From: Pyrinomonadaceae bacterium
GTDB lineage: Bacteria; Acidobacteriota; Blastocatellia; Pyrinomonadales; Pyrinomonadaceae
NCBI GenBank assembly: GCA_035491875.1
Contig: DATJKB010000744.1
Location: 919-64,918 of the forward strand
Reading direction: 5' to 3'
DNA: 64,000 nucleotides
The position numbers and the translations under genes were made by a program. The notes under the pieces are model-generated. The model did not search any database and was not told where the DNA came from. It saw only the letters and a program-made list of their open reading frames with translations. Below, one piece after another: positions 1 through 9,313 of the stretch; within the stretch, counting starts at the first letter, position 1, and each line of letters starts with the position of its first letter.

Positions 1-1904
1 TTGAGAGAAGCGATGTCAGTGGGCGAGAAGTCGAGTGATGCAGTGGCGCTGTCCGCGAGATTGTTGACCGAGTCGCTTAAGCTAAGCGCTGTCGCAGATC
101 TGAGTTGTACGCTGATTGCGTCGCTCAAATTGAGACTATCGGAGAACGACGACGTTTGCGTCACTGCAACGAGCTTGTTCAGTGCATCACTCAGTCCGCT
201 GAGACTGTCTTCCAACTCGAAGTGCATATGCAGCGTGAGTGAGAATCCGGGTGCGACATAGGGCTCAAACGCTGCTGCGCCAACGCCATATTGGTCCTCG
301 GTGCAGTTGAGTTGGATCTGCGTCGTCTCGTCTGTCGCAAGTGCTTGGACCTCAGCTACACGTAGTACCTTGACGAAGTTGTCCACGTTATCGATGTACT
401 TGATGACACTACCCGGCTCCAATGTATAACCATCGCGATTCACCGTGAGACTGAACGGAGGACGTGGATATGAACCTGCACGGAGTTCTCGCGTTCCAAC
501 CAGCGCCGCACTCACTCCATTGCTCACTCCATCCAGCGATTGGGAGAGCGAGCGCGTGCGCCCGGTGAGCATCTTGTTCGCGGTGTCTTGGACATACCTT
601 GTCGCTTTGAGATAGTTGTTATCTCTGTCAACGTAATCGAAACTGAAATCATTCGCCGTGCTGGCCCATGTTCCCGGCGTGAAGCCATCGACTTTGATGA
701 CGTTGTAGAGTTCCGGTGATGATCCATCCGGTCCACGTCTGAACACAGGTAAGGAGCCAAACGAGTAATCTCTCTCGATCACCTTGTAACGAATCATTCC
801 CGAGTTGAATGAGTAGTAGATGATGGAGTCTCCCAGCGCGGTGAATTTGTCGAGCGCTGTTTCGACATCCGTATCCGCGTTCATCTCAATTGAGATTCCG
901 AGTCCGCGATCGAAGTGGGTCTGCGCGCCGAGTTGGAACGAAGCGAGGTCGATCTTACTCAATGGCAGCTTCTTGACGCCGAAGGTGGGCGAAGTTAACC
1001 ACTCGTAGCAGCACTCGGCGATATTCGCGTCTCCGTTGATGTCATGGTAAGCACTCACGCCGAGGTTGTTCGGGAGACGTCTGACTCGCAACTTGATCGG
1101 CCTGACCGCGGGTGCTCCTTGTGGAGTCGCAGCGAAGTATCCCGACTCAGGATAGCCGGAGAATCCATAGACGAGAAACAACGCCTTCCCACTCCACGAC
1201 GACGTATTCGCCCCTAATTGCGCAGCGATGTACGGATCAATCCCCTGTGTCGGCCAGAAGTGGCCGGGGATTGCTTTAGCGAGTGCGTACACCCCACCAT
1301 CGACGTGATCCCCGCCCCATGCTTGGGGATCGTCGATGAGGAATTGATTCCCAGCCGGAGCGCCGAAGCTGACGATGCGCTCATCTACTTTCACCGCTTC
1401 GATCGAGTCAATCACTCCATGACAAATCCCATAGAGGAACCCGCAGTAGTAGCGATAGGACGCAGTACGAAGTTGGCCCAGTCCCGCGACAATCGCTCCC
1501 AGCACCGCTCCTTCAGCCAGCCCAATGAACGCAGTCGGTGGATCAGGTGCAAGTCCGAACGTGCCACCACCTGCGACATACCCTGCTAATCCGTCCAATC
1601 CCGCGCTAATGAGCATTTGCGCGACTGAAACATCATTCTTCACCTTCTTGCTGTGAAAGTCGAAGTAGGAGATGAGATGCGGGACTGTTTCGACCGTGCC
1701 TGCGATGTAGGAGACAGTGTCGGAGGCTTCTCCCGGTGACACACTGAAGTCATTGAAAGTGGCGCGTTTAACTCCAGTGGGTTCGAGGAGAATGCCCAGT
1801 GCTTGTGAACCTGCGAGGAGGAGGGTCGAGGAGAGAACAGAGGAATTCGTCGGCCCGCGATTCAACGCGCTACCTGCTGCCCGTCCTAATGCGCCGCCAC
1901 TCAT
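1..1904 (-). CDS. Tail-tip / host-specificity protein (lambda J-like central fibre), distal end cut by window edge
   Basis: Not in the ORF track because no stop lies in the window. Hand translation from ATG 1904..1902 gives an uninterrupted 634-codon frame to position 1 (MSGGALGRAAGS...). It follows the DUF2163/BR0599-like gene as in lambda/GTA-type tail-tip modules. The last ~80 residues carry L-[ST]-D repeats like the 1286-aa protein. Confidence 0.6.
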   Translation of the reverse strand, partial: MSGGALGRAAGSALNRGPTNSSVLSSTLLLAGSQALGILLEPTGVKRATFNDFSVSPGEASDTVSYIAGTVETVPHLISYFDFHSKKVKNDVSVAQMLISAGLDGLAGYVAGGGTFGLAPDPPTAFIGLAEGAVLGAIVAGLGQLRTASYRYYCGFLYGICHGVIDSIEAVKVDERIVSFGAPAGNQFLIDDPQAWGGDHVDGGVYALAKAIPGHFWPTQGIDPYIAAQLGANTSSWSGKALFLVYGFSGYPESGYFAATPQGAPAVRPIKLRVRRLPNNLGVSAYHDINGDANIAECCYEWLTSPTFGVKKLPLSKIDLASFQLGAQTHFDRGLGISIEMNADTDVETALDKFTALGDSIIYYSFNSGMIRYKVIERDYSFGSLPVFRRGPDGSSPELYNVIKVDGFTPGTWASTANDFSFDYVDRDNNYLKATRYVQDTANKMLTGRTRSLSQSLDGVSNGVSAALVGTRELRAGSYPRPPFSLTVNRDGYTLEPGSVIKYIDNVDNFVKVLRVAEVQALATDETTQIQLNCTEDQYGVGAAAFEPYVAPGFSLTLHMHFELEDSLSGLSDALNKLVAVTQTSSFSDSLNLSDAISVQLRSATALSLSDSVNNLADSATASLDFSPTDIASL

Positions 1905-2038
1905 CTATTGAATCCTTGCTGGATGAAGATTACAATCACGATATGTTCAACTCGACAGGTGAAATAACTAAAACTTTAACTGGACCAATCAACTACACCG
2001 AAATCGTCTATGCTCTTTATTCATACTCCATCGCAGAA

Positions 2039-2311
2039 TCAATCATGCAGGACGTACGCGACGGGAAGCCTGTAGATCTTGAAGCGGTTGCATGGGCTAG
2101 TCGCTTTGAGTTCATCCCGCATATAGAAGTAGCGATCACCTCTTGACAATGTGTTGTATACTTGCGTCATGTGGACAGGTAAAGTAGCCGACGTAAGATT
2201 CTTTCCCTTTGTCATGTGGCAGTGGGAGCGGAACATGATGTATAAGCACTGGCTACATCCACCCCGTTGGTTTGAGGCGTGGCTGCTACTCCGTTCCTCG
2301 ATAGGACGCAT
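2039..2311 (-). CDS. Hypothetical small protein between tail-tip genes
   Basis: 90-aa track ORF co-oriented with the flanking tail genes. It sits where GTA-type modules carry a small peptidase, but only a loose Cys...His pattern is visible, so no function is assigned. Confidence 0.3.
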   Translation of the reverse strand: MRPIEERSSSHASNQRGGCSQCLYIMFRSHCHMTKGKNLTSATLPVHMTQVYNTLSRGDRYFYMRDELKATSPCNRFKIYRLPVAYVLHD

Positions 2312-2324
2312 TCGTCATCGTCTG

Positions 2325-3173
2325 CTATGACACCTCAATCCTCCCAATCGCATGAACGTTCTTATTCGCTTGCAGGTGGTTCCCACCAAACGCTGCCCCA
2401 TTACCAGTCTCCCCGCCGAACTTGTCCCTGCACGTCTGATAGAGATGATCATCCCCATCGATCAATGTCGCACTGTCCCCCACCTTTAACGACGACACGG
2501 GAAAGTTCTGTAGCAATGTAAGCACATCGCCCGTATGGTCTAAGATGAAGCGCTTATCCCCATTCGCGACCGAGAACACTCCCGCATTGAACCAGTGGTC
2601 GATCTGCGTAATCCCTGTCACTTGCACAGTGAAATTCTCCGTATCGATCGCGCTCACCACTACCGCAGTTGAGTGATTCGCCACCTGTGCCGGACAAGGA
2701 AACTGGTAAGTCATAAACGGACAAGTCGGAGCCCACTTCTCACTGAGCCCTTCACTCCCCGCCACTACCGCTGCCCAGTGTTGCGAGCGGATGATTCCAG
2801 TCGAACCGACGATCGGCGTCTCAATCACCACCCCGGACCAGATCTCGAACACGTCTCCGCCGATCTCATTCTGTCTCCACACGGTCACTTCCGTGTCGCC
2901 AGCGGGAGGGAATTCTCGGTGCGCGCGGATAATTGGGTTGCGATGACTGACAGTGATTTCCAAGTTCCCCCGATCCGCCTGTGGGGACATCGTTGGATCG
3001 TTGTGCGAGATGCCGCCGCGTGGATGGAGGAAGCGAGTCGAGATGGTGGCGATCGTGGCGTCAATAGCGATAGGCGCGGAAGTCCAGCGGAAAGTTCCAC
3101 TTGGGCCACGGAACTCGTATAGGAATGTTTGTGCAGCGGAGTATTCGCTAACTTCAACGGATGGGTAACTCAT
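2325..3173 (-). CDS. Tail-tip protein, DUF2163 / BR0599-like
   Basis: 282 aa. The C-terminal motif DGDDHLYQTCRDKFGG...FGGN resembles the BR0599 signature (GCD..TC..KF..NFGG). The gene lies downstream of the tape measure and upstream of the J-like gene. Confidence 0.55.
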   Translation of the reverse strand: MSYPSVEVSEYSAAQTFLYEFRGPSGTFRWTSAPIAIDATIATISTRFLHPRGGISHNDPTMSPQADRGNLEITVSHRNPIIRAHREFPPAGDTEVTVWRQNEIGGDVFEIWSGVVIETPIVGSTGIIRSQHWAAVVAGSEGLSEKWAPTCPFMTYQFPCPAQVANHSTAVVVSAIDTENFTVQVTGITQIDHWFNAGVFSVANGDKRFILDHTGDVLTLLQNFPVSSLKVGDSATLIDGDDHLYQTCRDKFGGETGNGAAFGGNHLQANKNVHAIGRIEVS

Positions 3174-3550
3174 ATTAGTCGGATCGTTAGAGAACTGATT
3201 GGAAACGTCCTCTTTCTCCCCTCCAACAACGTGAACGGCGCATCTAACAAGTCGTAGTACCTCGGACTACCTCCAGTTGACGCATCCCACAACCCCACTT
3301 CATCGGCCTGATCCCAGTCACCACCCGACGCACTCGGCGTCTCAAACTCCACTCCATTGCTAATCACCTTCGTCGCAGTGACCGGGAAGTTGGTGGAGTT
3401 AGCCGTGAGTGGAATGCGTGCGTAGCCGTTGCCGCTGAGTTCGCTACCTGCACCCCTAAAACCCACGTACCAGATCGCGGGCGGGGTGTAACTCGTGCCA
3501 TTGAAGTCGAGATTCAGGAAATCCGCTCCTGCGCTATCACTGATACTCAT
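3170..3550 (-). CDS. Conserved tail-associated protein of unknown function
   Basis: 126 aa with a 4-nt overlap to both neighbours. It is the first gene after the tape measure. The pattern ...WYVGF...ELSGNGYARIPL...WD..DEVGLWDA.TGG... recalls a family seen next to phage tail genes. Confidence 0.4.
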   Translation of the reverse strand: MSISDSAGADFLNLDFNGTSYTPPAIWYVGFRGAGSELSGNGYARIPLTANSTNFPVTATKVISNGVEFETPSASGGDWDQADEVGLWDASTGGSPRYYDLLDAPFTLLEGRKRTFPISSLTIRLI

Positions 3551-6500
3551 GCAAACTGCAATCCTCCAGTCTTACGATTCCACCTGCCGCGCACGATCTG
3601 CGCGCGTCTTCCTTGTGGCGTCAGTCGATGCGATTCCATTGCATCGCTCACCGCATCATCTCCAAGCGCGACAATCGTCCGCACTTCTCCATTTGACTTG
3701 CCTACCACCGCGCTCATCTGGTCTAAGTTGTAGATCCGCCCACTGACATTGGGCCGGAAGAATTCGTTGTCGTGGACTTGGTAGATTCGTCCCGCGTTGA
3801 CTGGCCCACCTGTCGCGCGCCCGCCACCGAACAGTCCACCGAGCACATCCGATACCTGTCCAATTCCGTGCCCGACTTCGTGGAGCGCCGAACTCAACCC
3901 GCTCTCGATGTCGAGTGGTGCTGTGCCGCCCATCGAACGAGTCAGTGCGTGAATCGCAGCGGTGTTGGATTGAGTTGCTTTCGTATTGTCTGAGACTGCT
4001 GCGTTTGGCTCACGTGCGCGTAGTAGCGGGTTGACGATCGCGCCAATCAGCCCCTCTGCACCTTGCGCTTGTCCGGTAATTAACTTCTCAAGGAACCCTT
4101 TGAACAACTCGTCGCGAATCTGTTTGGCAAAGTTCGTCGCGGATTGTTTTAACGACTTCCAGAACTCGTCGCTCGACTTACCAATCGCGTCAAAGATGTC
4201 AGACGCAATCGAAGCGAGATCATCCGCCACTTGCAGCATCTCCTGACGACGTTGCTCAGCGGCTTGCGTGGTAATTTGACCGAGGCGGGCTTGATGGAGT
4301 TCTTCTTCAGCTTCGGACTGCGCGCGAATTCCGCTCAATACCGCCGCCAATTCCTGCTCGTTCTTAATACGAATCTGCGCGAGTCTCGCCTCGTCATCCA
4401 ACCCGCTCATCACCTGATCATGCCGTCGCTTCTCCCGCTCGATCTCAAACTTCAACTCCGCATCCCAGAGCTGGTGGCGGGTGAGGATCGAGTTACGTAA
4501 AGGTTCAAGATTAGCTTCCCCTGCTTCGAGTCGGACATCAGCCGCACGTTGGAATGCGTCTCGGATTTGTGCGGCGAATTGGATCACGTGCTCAGCATCG
4601 GAACGAATCGCGGCGGCAATCGCACGACTACTGGATTCAATGAACGATTTGCGCTCAGCGTTCAGCTCATCAAGCTTATTCCGCGCCTCGTTGCGCTTCT
4701 CAGCATTGTCACCAGCTTCCCTCAGCTCCTGTCGAATGAGTTGCTCTCTCGCGTTGAACACCCGCAGCGCCTGATTCTCCTCGAATTCAGCCGCTTGTTG
4801 CTCGGTAACAATACGGAAGTCAGCTTGCTCACGTATGCGCGCCTTGACTTGATCGGTTTGCGTTTCAATGATACGTAACTGAGATTGCGCGGTCGCTTGT
4901 CCGATGCGCAACTGCTCAGCGGCAGACTCATCGGTGATCTGCTGGACTTCCTTCGCACTGCGACGTTCCTCTTCCTTAATCCGTGCATTGATCTCCGCGA
5001 CTTTAATCGCACGCTGTCCCGGCTTGCGAATCTTCTCAGCTTCGTCTAACTCCTTCCGCAACCCTGCAATCGTCTCCTGACGACGACGGAGTTCGAGATT
5101 GATTGCATCCTGCGTGTAGCGATTGCGTGAGACAAGGTTCTGGTCTAACTGTCGTTCCAGTGCGTCATGCTCAGCTTGTAGTCCTTTCAACGTCTCCTGT
5201 AGTGAGATCTCCGCCAGTCGTCGCGCGGTCTCAGCCGGATCTTCTCCTTTATGCCCACCGCGTCCTTTCGGCGCGAATGCACTGCGAATCTTATTCGCCG
5301 CATTCTCAGCCACGTCCTGCGCTTGACGATCCTGCGTGAAAGTGCGTCGTGCAAGAGTCGAATCAGGAAGCGGTGCTTTCTCTCCAATTGTTTTGCCAAT
5401 CAACTCCGCAATGTCGGAAGTAGTATCCCCGCTTGGTGATTTGAAAGAGCGTGCGATACGCAACTGGATCGTGACCGGAATGAGCAGTGATAACCCGGTC
5501 AGCTTTAGTAAGATCGCGCCGAGGTTAGTCAGCGTCTCCGCTACATGCTCAATTGCCTTGGCCCAGTCAGCGATCTCAGTGCGATTGGTTGCGATCCAAT
5601 TGCTGAACTTAGTCGCAGCGTCGAGCACGGTCGGGAGTGCTTCTTCACCGATGACGCGCTTAACTGATTCAAATTGTGCTTCGATGAGAATGAGCTGATC
5701 GTGAAACTTGCCCGCAGTCTTAATTCCATCTTTATCAATATGAACGCCAGCGTCGATAAACTGCTTCTTGAGTCTGTCGAGTGCGCCATCAGCATTCCCG
5801 ACGCTTTCCTCGATTTGATCAACGACACCCGCGACCTCTCTCCCGCCGCGCCCGAAGATCTGCATCGCTGCGCCTGTGCGGGCGTTGCCACGCTCAACCT
5901 TGCTCAGTAGATCAATTAATTGCCCGAGTGCGATGTTCGGATTATCAAGATCGACTCCAAGTTTCTTTAATCCAATGCTCAGTCGTGAAGTCCCGCCCTC
6001 GCTTGCGTCCACTAGCTTCCGCTGCAACTGGCCCACGGAGCCAATGAACTTGTCGATATTGGATCCAGCCTGCCGTGTAGTGATTTCGAGAACTTGCAAA
6101 TTGTCCGTACTCAGTCCGGTTTGACGACTGAGATCGTCGAGATGTTCCTCCGTGTCCGTGACGGACTTTGCGAGGTAGAACATCCCTACTGCTGCGCTGA
6201 TTGAGAGCGCTGCCATTGCGGTCAGTCCGGCCACTACTACACCGACAGCTATTCCAACTGGCCCTAATATACCCAACAGACTCGCCGCACCCCCCGCCGC
6301 TCCTTCCATGCCTGCTGCTGCAACTAGTGACTTACCCGCGAGTTGCTCAAAGTTCAATGCGAGCTTACCGACTCCGACCGCAGTGAAGCCGAGATCGCCC
6401 GCTACTCGTTGACCTAATTGACGAAAGAGGAAGTTGTTTTGCAGGAATAGCTTCTGGAGATTTGCAAACACCCCACCTGTAGCCGCACCAACTTTCTTTG

Positions 6501-7059
6501 CTTCAGCTTCGACTACTTTTGAGCCGCCGCTGATAATCTTCGCGAGTTCCGCCTGAGTAAGAGTTGCGCCTGTTTTAGCGTCGCGGATGACAGTTGAGGT
6601 AGCCTTGGCGGCGTTTGTCACTCGACGCGCCAGCACCTGCTCCTCCGCTGCGGCCAGCCTGCTAGCTGCGCGGGCTTGCTCAGTATCGGCCAACGACCAC
6701 GCTTTCTCAACGGTCTTAGCCGCATTAGTAGCCTGTGTTCCCTGCCGCGCCCAGAAGGCAGTGCGATCAAACTTCGACGTAGCCTGCTCGACTTGCTTAA
6801 CAGTATTCTGCGCAGTGCTGACAACTTCAGCCGCAGCTTTCTTCTCACTTGCGAGATCAATGCCGAGGAAGCGTACAGGCGCACGTGAGGTGAGAGTTGA
6901 CTCAATTCTCTTCGCTTCATTCGCAACTGTTTGCGAGGCTCCGCCTAGACCACTGGCTTGCGCCTGAGTCTCTTTCAGCCGCTTCTGAACGTGATCGGTT
7001 ACGCGATCAAAGTCAGCCGACGTGGCGGAGTAGACCGCCCTTAGTTCTGCTACATCCAA
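3547..7059 (-). CDS. Tape measure protein
   Basis: 1170 aa with long Ala/Gln/Glu-rich coiled-coil stretches and a hydrophobic Gly/Ala-rich segment (GILGPVGIAVGVVVAGLTAMAAL). It lies immediately downstream of the G/GT chaperone pair. TTG start at 7059. Confidence 0.9.
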   Translation of the reverse strand: MDVAELRAVYSATSADFDRVTDHVQKRLKETQAQASGLGGASQTVANEAKRIESTLTSRAPVRFLGIDLASEKKAAAEVVSTAQNTVKQVEQATSKFDRTAFWARQGTQATNAAKTVEKAWSLADTEQARAASRLAAAEEQVLARRVTNAAKATSTVIRDAKTGATLTQAELAKIISGGSKVVEAEAKKVGAATGGVFANLQKLFLQNNFLFRQLGQRVAGDLGFTAVGVGKLALNFEQLAGKSLVAAAGMEGAAGGAASLLGILGPVGIAVGVVVAGLTAMAALSISAAVGMFYLAKSVTDTEEHLDDLSRQTGLSTDNLQVLEITTRQAGSNIDKFIGSVGQLQRKLVDASEGGTSRLSIGLKKLGVDLDNPNIALGQLIDLLSKVERGNARTGAAMQIFGRGGREVAGVVDQIEESVGNADGALDRLKKQFIDAGVHIDKDGIKTAGKFHDQLILIEAQFESVKRVIGEEALPTVLDAATKFSNWIATNRTEIADWAKAIEHVAETLTNLGAILLKLTGLSLLIPVTIQLRIARSFKSPSGDTTSDIAELIGKTIGEKAPLPDSTLARRTFTQDRQAQDVAENAANKIRSAFAPKGRGGHKGEDPAETARRLAEISLQETLKGLQAEHDALERQLDQNLVSRNRYTQDAINLELRRRQETIAGLRKELDEAEKIRKPGQRAIKVAEINARIKEEERRSAKEVQQITDESAAEQLRIGQATAQSQLRIIETQTDQVKARIREQADFRIVTEQQAAEFEENQALRVFNAREQLIRQELREAGDNAEKRNEARNKLDELNAERKSFIESSSRAIAAAIRSDAEHVIQFAAQIRDAFQRAADVRLEAGEANLEPLRNSILTRHQLWDAELKFEIEREKRRHDQVMSGLDDEARLAQIRIKNEQELAAVLSGIRAQSEAEEELHQARLGQITTQAAEQRRQEMLQVADDLASIASDIFDAIGKSSDEFWKSLKQSATNFAKQIRDELFKGFLEKLITGQAQGAEGLIGAIVNPLLRAREPNAAVSDNTKATQSNTAAIHALTRSMGGTAPLDIESGLSSALHEVGHGIGQVSDVLGGLFGGGRATGGPVNAGRIYQVHDNEFFRPNVSGRIYNLDQMSAVVGKSNGEVRTIVALGDDAVSDAMESHRLTPQGRRAQIVRGRWNRKTGGLQFA

Positions 7060-7070
7060 AGTAACTCACC

Positions 7071-7783
7071 TCACATCTCATACGGATCGACCGGAATAAT
7101 CGGCATCAATTTCGCACTTCCGATGTTGTGCGACTTCGCCTCACGATTCGCTTGTAGGATGATTCGCGCCTCCTCCTGATAGTGAAGGGGCACGCGACTT
7201 AGCAACCAGACCGGAACTTGGAGAAACCGGGCTATGCGATGCTGGTCAACGTAGCTTGGTTTTCTTCCAGCGGGGTTGCCGGGGTGAGTGAGCCAGCGTC
7301 GGTAGTCTCGGAGATCATCTGGCTGGCTGCTGTCGTTGGGATCTCCGGCGATTTTGGGACTGAGTGCTCCAAACAGAAGCTATACAAGTCGGTGACAAAG
7401 TCGGGATGTAGTCGATTCAACTCGTCGAGAGTGATCGGAATCGTCTCACCATCTCGTGTCAACTCCCAGCCCATAAGCACAGGAGTGTCAGGTGTGCCCG
7501 CGAGGAGCCGCGCGTAGATCTCACGCTGAATTTCCAACTGTCGTGCTCGCGCATCGAAGTTCAATGCCACCCGTTCATTGTCGTCTTTCTTTGCCTTCTT
7601 GAACGCTTCAGTTGCTTGCGCATCGCCGTCCTTAGCCTGCTGGTGAATCTCGCGAAACATCTGCGCGGCACTACGAAAGAAGTCCGGCGTGAAGGCGTCA
7701 GTATTGAACGTCACCTCCATCGACTTGCCGTGACGAGTGAAAGTTTCAGTCTGGGGATTAGCTTGAAATTGGAGTACGTCCAT
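7071..7783 (-). CDS. Tail assembly chaperone GT fusion (-1 frameshift product, about 237 aa)
   Basis: After the slippery heptamer CCCAAAA (7358..7352) the -1 frame stays open for 93 codons. I checked every triplet from 7356 down to 7074. The stop is TGA 7073..7071, 12 nt before the tape measure start. Confidence 0.6.
7232..7783 (-). CDS. Tail assembly chaperone (G-like)
   Basis: 183-aa acidic protein located between the major tail protein and the tape measure. It contains an in-frame slippery site. Confidence 0.75.
   Translation of the reverse strand: MDVLQFQANPQTETFTRHGKSMEVTFNTDAFTPDFFRSAAQMFREIHQQAKDGDAQATEAFKKAKKDDNERVALNFDARARQLEIQREIYARLLAGTPDTPVLMGWELTRDGETIPITLDELNRLHPDFVTDLYSFCLEHSVPKSPEIPTTAASQMISETTDAGSLTPATPLEENQATLTSIA
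7352..7358 (-). promoter_or_regulatory. Programmed -1 ribosomal frameshift heptamer C CCA AAA
   Basis: X XXY YYZ pattern in the correct zero-frame register (GTC CCA AAA TCG). The downstream -1 ORF fills the otherwise non-coding 7071..7231 gap. Confidence 0.6.
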
Positions 7784-7953
7784 CAGCGAGCAACCTCTTT
7801 GATCATTGAGTTGAAATAAGCACCATACTGGAGCAGGAGGATGAGTAGCGCTGCGAAATACGTGAGACGACAGATTTCACGTAATCTCACATACGAGTCG
7901 TTCAGGACGAGAAATCCCGCCAGCGCCAGAATTGTAATAACCAGTGTAAGCAT
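7783..7953 (-). CDS. Small two-TM membrane protein (56 aa)
   Basis: Found by hand, below the track cutoff: MLTLVITILALAGFLVLNDSYVRLREICRLTYFAALLILLLQYGAYFNSMIKEVAR. Its ATG overlaps the tail-protein stop (TAATG) and its stop overlaps the chaperone ATG (TGATG). Confidence 0.4.
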   Translation of the reverse strand: MLTLVITILALAGFLVLNDSYVRLREICRLTYFAALLILLLQYGAYFNSMIKEVAR

Positions 7954-9296
7954 TAGAGTGCCGTCAGCGAGTTGATCACCTCGATCTCATACGCTGCTCC
8001 ACTTGCGTGTTCAGAAGTGAAATCCGCATTGTGCAGCGAGTTAAAGTTAAACTTGTAACCAAACACTCCATTTGCATCTTCCTGCTTCTCGGGATTACCG
8101 AACTTCGCCGCGACATCGACGCGGATCGTCTCATTGTTCACGCCGACATCAATCTCATTCCCAGTTGCGAGTAATCTCACCCACTTCCACGGGTTGGTCT
8201 TCACCGCATTGTACAGCGCGCGGGACTGAGCGTTGTGTGGAGTAGAGAATGAGCAAGTGACATCGGCAGCGATTCGCACGGTTGACTGGAACGAATCGTA
8301 GTCGGTGTTCAATGCCCAGAAGGGTTGCACTTTGTCTCCGATGCGAAAGTCGCCTGCGTAGGCTTGTGCAACTTTGGTTGTGCCGATTGCGCCAAACGTA
8401 TCGTTGACAAAAATATCCACATGCATACGACTGACGGGGGATTGTGCAATTGAGCTAATGTCCGCTCCACCTGCAATCGCAGTCGCAACGACGTAAGTCC
8501 CACCCCCAGTCAATCCAGTTGAGTCCACCGTGATCGCGCTGACATTTGTCCCCTTCAACGTGCCTTGGAAGATGATCGTAATAGGAGTCGTCGAAATCGG
8601 CCCGCCACTAACTACTACGTCTCCCGGAGCGAGATTGGAGAGGGCGATGAGTGCAGCCTGAATCTCAGCCGCGGTCGCGTCGAAGTCGATGGCTGAAGTA
8701 GTCTGAGCGGAGTAAGTGATCGTGAAAGTTCCAGCAGTGACAGTGCCGGACTTAGTAATCGTCTGCTCCTCGTCGGTTTTTGTCGTAAGCGGCTCATTAT
8801 CCACCGGAAAGCGCGCGAACAAATTGCCCGTCATATTCGACGCATCGTTCGTCCACTCCAAGCCGAACGAGGAGAATTTCAACCCTTCCCCAACCTGTAC
8901 CGCATCGCTATCACCTTCCTCGATCGTGAATGACTTAGGCAAAGGATCAGCCCCGGACGACACTGGTGCAAATAACCAGCTCCGCGCATTCGTCGCTCCA
9001 ATCGGAGTCGCAGGCTCACTTGCAGTCTGCAATCCAATCAGCCCACTCAACGGATAGATCACTTGATTGTAATCAGCGATTCCATTCCACGTTCCATTCG
9101 CCCACATCTTTTGCGGGACGGAAGTGGTAGGAATATTGAACCCGCGCGCACGGAACAGTTGAAACTCAGCCTGCGGGTTGAGCGAGATGTTCACGCCGGG
9201 TAGTCGTCGAGTAGCCGCAACTCTTACTCCGTAATCATGCTCAACACCAATTTGCAGGATCGTATCAACTGCCGCTCTAACATCAAGTAGGGCCAT
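7953..9296 (-). CDS. Major tail (tube) protein with inserted display-type domain
   Basis: 447 aa, located between the tail terminator and the chaperone genes. A central ~95-aa insert (TFTITYSAQTTSAIDFDATAAEIQAALIAL...) is shared with two head-proximal proteins. Confidence 0.6.
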   Translation of the reverse strand: MALLDVRAAVDTILQIGVEHDYGVRVAATRRLPGVNISLNPQAEFQLFRARGFNIPTTSVPQKMWANGTWNGIADYNQVIYPLSGLIGLQTASEPATPIGATNARSWLFAPVSSGADPLPKSFTIEEGDSDAVQVGEGLKFSSFGLEWTNDASNMTGNLFARFPVDNEPLTTKTDEEQTITKSGTVTAGTFTITYSAQTTSAIDFDATAAEIQAALIALSNLAPGDVVVSGGPISTTPITIIFQGTLKGTNVSAITVDSTGLTGGGTYVVATAIAGGADISSIAQSPVSRMHVDIFVNDTFGAIGTTKVAQAYAGDFRIGDKVQPFWALNTDYDSFQSTVRIAADVTCSFSTPHNAQSRALYNAVKTNPWKWVRLLATGNEIDVGVNNETIRVDVAAKFGNPEKQEDANGVFGYKFNFNSLHNADFTSEHASGAAYEIEVINSLTAL

Positions 9297-9313
9297 TGGT
9301 TATCGTCTCCAAG

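Noticed and set aside
2039-2311. 90-aa ORF considered as an NlpC/P60-type tail peptidase by synteny with GTA-like modules
   Set aside because: It is too short and only a vague Cys...His spacing is present. It is left as hypothetical.
3772-6967. Numerous 60-130-aa ORFs on both strands inside the tape measure gene
   Set aside because: They are by-products of the biased Ala/Glu/Gln/Arg coding sequence of the 1170-aa ORF. None has a ribosome-binding site or any motif.
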